Assembly (NCBI GenBank): GCA_019636195.1
Contig: JAHBYA010000006.1
Location: forward strand, 61,017-125,016
DNA: 64,000 nucleotides
DNA from: Planctomycetota bacterium
Lineage (GTDB): Bacteria; Planctomycetota; UBA8742; UBA2392
Direction: 5' to 3'
Below the pieces are notes generated by a model. The model did no database searches, had not been told where the DNA came from, and saw only the letters and a program-made list of their open reading frames with translations. Below are positions 19,860 through 27,219 of this stretch, piece after piece. Numbering within the stretch: position 1 is the first letter of the stretch; each line of letters starts with the position of its first letter. The translations under genes and the position numbers were made by a program.

Positions 19860-22682
19860 GTGCGCAACATTGCCTTGCTGACGCTGCTTTGCACCGCGCC
19901 GCTGCTCGCGCAGGTTACAAACGACAACTGGGAGCCGAACAACACCGCCGCAACAGCCGTGGACATGTTCATGCAGGTTTCGCCCGCGACCACGATGGGC
20001 GGCTACCGCCTTTCTCTCGCCGGGCGGCCGTTTGACGACCAGTTGAAAATCACGCCTAATGACAACGACTGGTACAAGGTCGGGCAAGTGTTCACCGTGC
20101 CCAACGGCACCTTGAAGGTTTACGTCAACCAGACCAGCAACCTGCAATACGCGCTCAGCGCCCAAATCACGGACAGCACCGGCGCCACCGTGCTGGCTGG
20201 GCCCGGCGTCGGCACCTACTTCACGCTTGCGTCGCCCAGCAATCCCAACCCGGGACTGGATCTGTACGACGGCGCACGCGCCGAGACAGCGGTGACCAGC
20301 GGCAGCGTGTACCTGATACGCGTCTATGCCAACCCGCCGGTGCCCAGCGGCAACAGCGTGGATTACGAGCTTTCCATCGAGTTCACGCCCAGCGACTCGG
20401 CTGAGGGCAGCTACAGCAACAACTTTCCGGGCTGGGCGCCCAACCCCGCCTTTCCCGCGGGCAGCAACCCCTCTGAGGCAACGCCCTCAGGCTACGGGGC
20501 GGGCAACGCCAAGCTGTACCAGTCGGTCAGCTGGCGCGGGTTTGACTATTACATGGTACGGCTGACTGCACCGGCAATCATCACCGTCGATCTCGGCAAC
20601 TTCGCCAACATGCCCGCTACAACCGTCAACTATGACGTGTACTGGATGCGCCAGGACGGCCTGATGATTCCTTCCAGCGCACCGGGACAGCCGCTGGCCG
20701 GCGCCTCTGACACCTTTCCGATGGGCTGGCCCGGCCCGGGCATCGCCGTCGTGACCACGCCCAACACCAGCGAGCAGATCACAACGCCCGCGCTTTCGCC
20801 GGGCGTGTACTACTTTCAGGTCATCACATGGGACACCAGCGCCGGCACGCTGGCGCTTGGCTACAACGCGGGCAACTACGACATTACGTTCACGCTGACG
20901 TCCGCCAGTGATGACGCGCTGGAAGGCACCGCACCCAACGAAAACGACATAGCCGCCAACGCGGCCACGCTGCCGCCGGGCACCACCAGCAACCTGCGCC
21001 TGCTGTACAACCCCAACGGCCAGGAAGAAGACTGGTACAAGGTAACGCTTGCGGACGGCGACAACCTGAACGTGCGGTTGACAGTCACCCAGCCATCGAC
21101 TGACGACCTGAACATCATCCTGTACCGGCCCAACGCGACCACCCCCGGCGCAGCAGCCGATCTTGTGGACTCATCGTTCATCAACAACACCGACACCGCC
21201 ACCAAGGGCGGCACGACCGCCAGTGAAGTCGTGGGCACCTGGGGCAGCGTCGGCAACTCGGGCAACACCGGCTTGCCGGCGGGCGACTACCTGGTGCGAA
21301 TCGTCAACGGCAATTCGCTCAGCCAGGGCGGGGTGCCGCAAAACGGCGGCTACTCGCTGACGGTGACGATCAGCTTCAGCAACGTGGACATCGCGCCCGA
21401 GGACAGCAAGGAACCCAATGACTCAGCGGCGCAGGCCTTTGCCACGGCCAACACATACCTTGAGCTTTCACGCGGCATGAACTCGGGCCTCAAGGCCATG
21501 GACTTCCAGGACTGGTTCCGGGTGCCCGCGGTCCAGCGCAACCACAGCGTTGAGATTACGCTGATCTACGACGGCGGCGCGAACACTGACCTTGATATCG
21601 TCGTCTTTGACCAGAACTTCGGGCCCAACTACGCAACCACCGGCGCCATGTCGGTGCTGGCTTCCAGCTTCGCCAATGAAAACTCGCCCGGCGCCGTGGT
21701 CACGGTCAACGGCACCGCCGGCAGCACATGGGGCACGTCGCCCAACACCGCGCCCATCTTTGTCGCGATCCAGCGCTGGAACAGCCTGGGCGCGAGCTAC
21801 ACCATCAATGTCAACATCAACAACGCCAACCCGCTGCCTCCTCTGCGCATGAACAGCATGAACATCAACCCCACCAGCTTCACGGCCCCCGCAGGTACGC
21901 AGGTTACGGTGCAGGTCGAGAACATCGGCGCCACGCCTGCCGACGTGGCAACCATGACGCTGCGCCTGACACACGCCACCGGCGCCATTGTCACAAATCA
22001 GTACACGATTACCGGGCCGACACCGGCGCTGCCGGCGACAATCGCCGCAGCGTCAACGCAGAACTTCGTGTTCGATATCGGCAGCACGACCCAGTGCACC
22101 AACGGTGTGGTCACGGTCAGCGTCACGGCGACTGACGGGAGCGGCAACCCGCTGCTTGGTGCGCCCAACGGCACGTTCACGCTGTCCGGGGGGCAAGCCC
22201 CGGCGCCGCTGCTGGTGTACCAGCAGGTCTCCGCCTCGGGCATGACCAACCCCGGCGGCAACGTCACGCTGTCACTGGTGATCCGCAACGACGGCACGGC
22301 GGGAGGGGTGTTCGGCGACACGCCGCCGATCACGTTCACGTTTACGCAGGGCGCCACTGACGTGACCGGCTTCTTCAGCGGCCCGACCGCGCCCAGCCAG
22401 ACGCTGCCCATGAACGTCGCCATCGGCCAGGTGCGCACGGTAAGCTGGACCTGGATTATCGGCACCAACCCGTCGCTCGGCACCACGACCATCACAGCCA
22501 GCGGCGGCGGGCCGGACAACCCTGCCACGCCGGCCACTGTCAACTTCAACCTGAGCCTGCCCAGGAACAAGGACAAGAGCGGCAGCAGCGGCTGCGTGCT
22601 GGGCGCGGCACCCGCGTGGTTGCCGCTGGCGGCCCTCGCGTCGCTGGCAGCCATTCGCCGTCGGCGCCAGAGACAGGGCTAA
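19860..22682 (+). CDS. Large secreted protein with multiple PPC (pre-peptidase C-terminal, EPNxT/D..DWY) domains and C-terminal Cys/TM/Arg sorting tag
   Basis: GGAGGAG RBS 6 nt before GTG 19860. Signal peptide. PPC signatures NWEPNNTAATA, NENDIAANAATL...DWYKVTL, KEPNDSAAQAF...DWFRV. C-terminal ...KSGSSGC-VLGAAPA-WLPLAALASLAAI-RRRRQRQG. Confidence 0.7.
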   Translation: MRNIALLTLLCTAPLLAQVTNDNWEPNNTAATAVDMFMQVSPATTMGGYRLSLAGRPFDDQLKITPNDNDWYKVGQVFTVPNGTLKVYVNQTSNLQYALSAQITDSTGATVLAGPGVGTYFTLASPSNPNPGLDLYDGARAETAVTSGSVYLIRVYANPPVPSGNSVDYELSIEFTPSDSAEGSYSNNFPGWAPNPAFPAGSNPSEATPSGYGAGNAKLYQSVSWRGFDYYMVRLTAPAIITVDLGNFANMPATTVNYDVYWMRQDGLMIPSSAPGQPLAGASDTFPMGWPGPGIAVVTTPNTSEQITTPALSPGVYYFQVITWDTSAGTLALGYNAGNYDITFTLTSASDDALEGTAPNENDIAANAATLPPGTTSNLRLLYNPNGQEEDWYKVTLADGDNLNVRLTVTQPSTDDLNIILYRPNATTPGAAADLVDSSFINNTDTATKGGTTASEVVGTWGSVGNSGNTGLPAGDYLVRIVNGNSLSQGGVPQNGGYSLTVTISFSNVDIAPEDSKEPNDSAAQAFATANTYLELSRGMNSGLKAMDFQDWFRVPAVQRNHSVEITLIYDGGANTDLDIVVFDQNFGPNYATTGAMSVLASSFANENSPGAVVTVNGTAGSTWGTSPNTAPIFVAIQRWNSLGASYTINVNINNANPLPPLRMNSMNINPTSFTAPAGTQVTVQVENIGATPADVATMTLRLTHATGAIVTNQYTITGPTPALPATIAAASTQNFVFDIGSTTQCTNGVVTVSVTATDGSGNPLLGAPNGTFTLSGGQAPAPLLVYQQVSASGMTNPGGNVTLSLVIRNDGTAGGVFGDTPPITFTFTQGATDVTGFFSGPTAPSQTLPMNVAIGQVRTVSWTWIIGTNPSLGTTTITASGGGPDNPATPATVNFNLSLPRNKDKSGSSGCVLGAAPAWLPLAALASLAAIRRRRQRQG

Positions 22683-22704
22683 TACCGACTATCGCCAAAG
22701 CAGA

Positions 22705-22735
22705 ACAGGCGCCACGCGGCGCCTGTTTCTGTCTT
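22705..22735. terminator. Bidirectional terminator between convergent genes
   Basis: ACAGGCGCC-acgc-GGCGCCTGT followed by TTCTGTCTT. Lies between the stop at 22682 (+) and the stop at 22745 (-). Confidence 0.65.
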
Positions 22736-22744
22736 GCAGCAGTC

Positions 22745-24073
22745 CTAGCGCGTGTGCTTCAGGGCGCCAAGCGCGTAGGCTGTGCACAACACAGGGCTGT
22801 CTTCCTGCCAGCGCGGGTTGCCGGCGTTGACCCACTGGCCCTTGTCGGCCTGGCGCTTGGCAAGCTGCTTGACGACATCTTCGCGCCAGTTGTGTTTCAG
22901 GCCGCGGTCGGGGTCTTCAATGTGCTCTTCTCCCCACGCCTGAAGCGTCTTGGCCATGCTGAGGTAATAGTAGTAGATGCCCATCTCGTGCTGCTTTGCG
23001 TCGCGGAAGCCGGGCACGCGCTCAAGCGTGTAATTGCGCTGGATCCAGCCCCACGCCAGACGCACCGGCAGGCTGTCTTTCTTCAAGCCGGCAAACAGGT
23101 ACGCGCGCAGCAGGTTGTAGGTCATGCTGCCGTAGCTGAACAACGTGACCGTGCCGTCGTCGTTTTCACGGCGGCCGTCGGCCATGCTGCTTTCTTCGCT
23201 GTACACTGCGCCGCCGTGATCTTCGCTGCCTTTCTCGGCGGGCTTGATCTTCTTGCCGCTGGCTTTGTCCACCGCCGTGAAGCCCTCGTCCTGCACTTCA
23301 CCCGCGTTCTGGTTGCGCTTCAGGAACGTCAGCGCCTTCTCCCACAGCGGGTCATCTTCGCTCAGGCCGCAGGCCTTCAGAGCGTCGATGGCAAACGTGG
23401 TGGTGCTCATGTTTGAGGGCGGTTTGCCTTCCTTGTTCACGGACTTGTCGATCTCTTCCTTTGAGTACGCCCAACCGCCGTAGCCCGCCGTGTCTTTCTT
23501 GTAGTCCGGCGCCGGGCCTTCGGCGTTGCCCACCTGCGATTGCTTAAGGTAGTCACGCGCCATTGCCACCTGGTTGGTCAGCTTGCCCTTCCACGGGTTG
23601 GCGGGCGCAGAGGCACCGTTCAATTCCGCGAACAACTGCGCACAGATGCTGGTGATGTACACCGCACGAATGCCCTTGAGCTGATCGACGCCCGGCATGT
23701 AGCTCCAGGCCCCGCTGGCTTCCTGGCTCTCGATCAGCCAGGTCATGCTGTCCTTGATCATGGCATCATCGGCGTTGAAGTACTTTGTGCCCACCAGCCC
23801 CTGCAGCACCATCGCCGTGTATGGCACGTTCATGGTCTTGGGCCCCCAGCCGGACATAAGGCCCTTTGGGTCATCCTTGGAGGGCGGTTTGTTGTACTCG
23901 GATTTCAAAAACGCCCATGCCTTGTCAATCAACTTGTCACGCTCGGCGTTTACGTCGTACTTTTCCTGCAAGATTTGCGGCGCCGACGGCGCGACCGGCG
24001 GCTGTGCCTCTGCATTCACTGTCAACGCCAACGCGGCCATGCCGCAACCCAGAATTCCTGTCCATACACGCAT
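22745..24073 (-). CDS. Secreted prenyltransferase/squalene-cyclase-type alpha-alpha toroid repeat protein
   Basis: AAGGAG RBS 7 nt before ATG 24073. Signal peptide. Repeated GxWxY/QW-like motifs (SGAWSYMPG, YGGWAYSKEE, KGQWVNAGNPRWQ). Confidence 0.55.
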   Translation of the reverse strand: MRVWTGILGCGMAALALTVNAEAQPPVAPSAPQILQEKYDVNAERDKLIDKAWAFLKSEYNKPPSKDDPKGLMSGWGPKTMNVPYTAMVLQGLVGTKYFNADDAMIKDSMTWLIESQEASGAWSYMPGVDQLKGIRAVYITSICAQLFAELNGASAPANPWKGKLTNQVAMARDYLKQSQVGNAEGPAPDYKKDTAGYGGWAYSKEEIDKSVNKEGKPPSNMSTTTFAIDALKACGLSEDDPLWEKALTFLKRNQNAGEVQDEGFTAVDKASGKKIKPAEKGSEDHGGAVYSEESSMADGRRENDDGTVTLFSYGSMTYNLLRAYLFAGLKKDSLPVRLAWGWIQRNYTLERVPGFRDAKQHEMGIYYYYLSMAKTLQAWGEEHIEDPDRGLKHNWREDVVKQLAKRQADKGQWVNAGNPRWQEDSPVLCTAYALGALKHTR

Positions 24074-24134
24074 GGTTGTCTCCTTTGTCCCGGCCAAGAG
24101 TACCCGTGGCAGCCCTTTTCTGACAACAGATGTC

Positions 24135-24731
24135 CTAGAAGCCCAATTCCAGCATTGCCTGGGTCGTCAGGCCCTGCATGAAGACCTCAAGCCGCCGCCG
24201 GATGAAGCGCTGCTCACCGATAATGCCGGTTTCGGCGGGCGGCTGGTCCAGCAACTGGCAATCCTGCACGACCTCGGTTTGGGCAAGCACCTTCTGCGTC
24301 TCGCTGTCCACCAGCACAGCCGCCAGCCCCAACCTGATACGGCCGGTGCGGCGCAGCTCGGTCATCTCAAACACTGAAATTGCGCCGTGCAGCTCATGGC
24401 GCCCGGTGTCGGCATCGCGCCCGGAGTTGCGCAGGTGTGCGCGCAGGCCTGCTTCGGCCAGCAGGCGCAGGTCGATCAACTCAATTTCGAGCCCGGCGGC
24501 TTTTTCACCGGCATCACCCATGTACAGCTCCGGCACGTTCAGTGTGACGCCTGCCAGGTTCTTCACCGGCAGCACGCGCGCGGGCACGCCGGCGGGCAGC
24601 ACCGGCTCATGCCCTGAGCTTGCACACGCGGTCAGCAGCAACACCGCGAGACCGCCCAAGGCCGCGCGCACAACACCCGACGCCAGCCCGGGCTTCCGGC
24701 CAGTGCCCGCACGTGTCGGCTCAGGCTTCAT
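24135..24731 (-). CDS. Lipoprotein, function unknown
   Basis: Start at MKPEP with lipobox LLTAC. The annotated longer ORF upstream is Arg-rich shadow. GAGGAA RBS. Confidence 0.5.
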   Translation of the reverse strand: MKPEPTRAGTGRKPGLASGVVRAALGGLAVLLLTACASSGHEPVLPAGVPARVLPVKNLAGVTLNVPELYMGDAGEKAAGLEIELIDLRLLAEAGLRAHLRNSGRDADTGRHELHGAISVFEMTELRRTGRIRLGLAAVLVDSETQKVLAQTEVVQDCQLLDQPPAETGIIGEQRFIRRRLEVFMQGLTTQAMLELGF

Positions 24732-25323
24732 CGCGGATTTCCTCACCCGTGAGCGCACGTTCAAGCCAGCCCGCAATCTCGAGTATCCCGACTGTGGACT
24801 TGGCAAGCTCAAGGCCGCGCCACAACACAACCGGCCGGTCTTCCGGCGCACAAGATTGCGGCGCCACGCGCGGCCCCGCCCAGGACCACGCCGACAGCAC
24901 CACGACGCGTGTAGCGCCCGCAAGCAGCGGCGCTGCCTGCGCATCGACGCCGCGCAGGAATTCCCCGCCCGGTGAAGGCGGCAGCGGCCCCAGCGTGTGC
25001 CATGCAAAGTGTGCGTCGTGGCCCACCGCCTGCCACGGCGGCGGCAGCGGCAGGGCAGTCTGCACCCGGCTGCGCAGGCCCGCGCGTTTTGCGGCTGCAC
25101 GCACCCAGAACGGCTGGGCGCGGGGCTCGCCGACACCGCCGCCGAACGCGCCCAGGTGCTCCGGCGCCAAGCCGCAGAGCAGCGCGGCCTCCTGTTGCGC
25201 GGGCGATGCACTGTCGATGTTGACCAGCGAGGCCGAGTGTTCCAGCGCCGCAACAGCAGGCATCCCGCCGCGCAAAAGCATGCGCGCGCTCAGGCCGGGG
25301 ATGTGCAGCACCATCAGTTCCAT
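24721..25323 (-). CDS. Hypothetical protein (weak call)
   Basis: ORF overlapping the lipoprotein start by 11 nt, in operon-like order. Composition only moderately protein-like. Confidence 0.3.
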   Translation of the reverse strand: MELMVLHIPGLSARMLLRGGMPAVAALEHSASLVNIDSASPAQQEAALLCGLAPEHLGAFGGGVGEPRAQPFWVRAAAKRAGLRSRVQTALPLPPPWQAVGHDAHFAWHTLGPLPPSPGGEFLRGVDAQAAPLLAGATRVVVLSAWSWAGPRVAPQSCAPEDRPVVLWRGLELAKSTVGILEIAGWLERALTGEEIRDEA

Positions 25324-25417
25324 CGCCGCAGTCTGGCGCGAGGCCGGCGTAAATCCAGCGGCAAGTGCGGCGCCCGGGTTCTGCTTGCAAGCCGCGGCGT
25401 GTTGCTAATCTGCCCGC

Positions 25418-26740
25418 ATGACCGGCGGCGCACACTTTCGGCAGGCTGTGTTCTGGGTCGGCTTGTACGCCGCGCTGGCGCTGGCCCCGCTTGCGTTGGC
25501 GCTGGCCGGCTATGACCGCCCCGCGCGGCCCTTCTGGGTTGAGTTCGGGGTGGGGCTGGGGTTTGTCGGCCTTTCCATGATGGCGTTGCAGTTCGTGCTC
25601 ACCGCCCGTTTCAAGGGCATTGCCGCGCCCTTTGGCACCGACGCCATGCTGCAATTCCACCGTCAAGCCGGGCTGGTTGCCTGCGCCTTTGTCGCCGGGC
25701 ACGTGCTTGTCCTGATTGCCGCGCGGCCCGGCTACGTCGCGTTTTTTGACCCGCGCGTAAACCTGATGCGCGCCGGCGCGCTGGTCACGGTGCTGCTGGC
25801 GCTGGCGGGCATTGTCGGGTTGACGCTGCTGCGAAAGCGCTTGCGCTTTCCGTACGAGTGGTGGCGCCTGACCCACGGCCTGCTTTCGCTGCTGGTGATA
25901 TTGATCAGCCTTGCCCACGTGCAGATGGTGGGCCGCTATGTTTCAACTGTGCCCAAGCGCGCGCTGTGGGCGGCCATGTGCCTTGGCGCGATGTCGCTGC
26001 TGCTGTACCCGCGGCTGGTAAAACCGTTTCTTGCCCGCAAGCGGCCCTATCGCGTCGTGGACGTCAAGCCCGAAACACCGCGTGTCTGGACAATCACGCT
26101 GGAGGCTGAGGGCCACGAAGGCTTGCGCTTCACGCCCGGCCAGTTTGCGTGGCTGACGCTGGGCGGCTCGCCGTTTGCACTGAAGCAGCACCCGTTCACG
26201 TTCGCGTCCAGCGCCGAGCAGCGGGGGCGCTACAGCTTCACAATCAAAGAGCTTGGCGACTTCACGTCAAAGATCAGTAGCGTGGCGCCGGGCACGCGCG
26301 CGTGGCTTGACGGGCCGCACGGGGCGTTCACGCCGGGCACGGGCGCAAGCGCGCTGGTGCTGATCGCGGGGGGCATCGGCGTGACGCCGATGATGAGCAT
26401 ATTGCGCAGCATGAAGGACCGCGGCGACACCCGGCCGGCCACGCTGATTTACGGCGCGGGCAGCGAAGCAATGATCGCCTTCCGGGCCGAGCTTGAGGCG
26501 CTGGCGCAGGCGGCGACTTTCAAGTTCGTGCCGGTGGTTGAAAACCCCGGCGAGGGCTGGCAGGGCGAGCGCGGCGTGATTGACGACGCACTACTCACGC
26601 GCCACCTGCCGCCCGATGACGGCAAAGTTGAGTACATGATCTGCGGCCCGGATGCGATGATGGACGCCGTGGAGTTGCTGTTGATCAAGCGAGGCGTGCC
26701 GATGCGCCGCAGGCATTCGGAACGCTTCAACATCGCATGA
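25418..26740 (+). CDS. NOX-like ferric reductase: transmembrane bis-haem domain fused to FAD/NAD(P)-binding ferredoxin-reductase domain
   Basis: Two His pairs in TM helices (FHRQAG...AGHVLV; THGLLS...AHVQM). HPFT(F) FAD motif. NAD-binding motif GGIGVTP. Confidence 0.8.
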   Translation: MTGGAHFRQAVFWVGLYAALALAPLALALAGYDRPARPFWVEFGVGLGFVGLSMMALQFVLTARFKGIAAPFGTDAMLQFHRQAGLVACAFVAGHVLVLIAARPGYVAFFDPRVNLMRAGALVTVLLALAGIVGLTLLRKRLRFPYEWWRLTHGLLSLLVILISLAHVQMVGRYVSTVPKRALWAAMCLGAMSLLLYPRLVKPFLARKRPYRVVDVKPETPRVWTITLEAEGHEGLRFTPGQFAWLTLGGSPFALKQHPFTFASSAEQRGRYSFTIKELGDFTSKISSVAPGTRAWLDGPHGAFTPGTGASALVLIAGGIGVTPMMSILRSMKDRGDTRPATLIYGAGSEAMIAFRAELEALAQAATFKFVPVVENPGEGWQGERGVIDDALLTRHLPPDDGKVEYMICGPDAMMDAVELLLIKRGVPMRRRHSERFNIA

Positions 26741-26833
26741 TGCATTTGAACAAGGAGTACCGGAGCAACAGAGGGACAGCCCGAACAGCAAGGGGCGGAT
26801 TGCATGACCACCAGTATCAGGCTGACTTTCAAT

Positions 26834-26899
26834 GTTCACGGTCAACGGTTCACGGTCAACGGACAAAGCTGTCAAGTCGTTACCGTCAACCGTTGACCG
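26834..26899. repeat. Array of GTCAAC half-sites: 14-nt tandem direct repeat (TTCACGGTCAACGG x2) plus palindrome GTCAAC-C-GTTGAC
   Basis: Intergenic region between the NOX-like gene and the large secreted-protein gene. Four GTCAAC/GTTGAC occurrences within 66 nt. Confidence 0.6.
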
Positions 26900-27219
26900 C
26901 TAACCGGAAGCCGATGGTCAGCCCCAAGGTGCAATGACAAGTCCACCCGGGCCAACTCTGTTACTGCGTTTGCAGAAGAAACCACCATGCGCCACATCTG
27001 GATCAGACGAGTCGTACTTGCATTCGCCGCGCTTGCGCTGCTGGCGATTGCCGCGTTTGCGGGTTTGCGGACCTGAATAGCGCTTAACGTGGCCAACGCC
27101 AATTGCGCCAACCTCGCGTGACATCGCGCATAGCACCACTTCGGGAATTCATTTTCAGCGAAACGCAGCTGCAATGTATGAGTGAAGCCTTATAGTTCAT
27201 TGCACCAGGAGACTACCCC

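Noticed and set aside
24732-25253. Long N-terminal extension of ORF 24135-25253 (MRRWNTRPRW..., extremely Arg-rich)
   Set aside because: Its composition is typical of out-of-frame or antisense translation of GC-rich DNA. A clean lipoprotein start (MKPEP...LLTAC) with an RBS exists at 24731, so the gene is 24135-24731.
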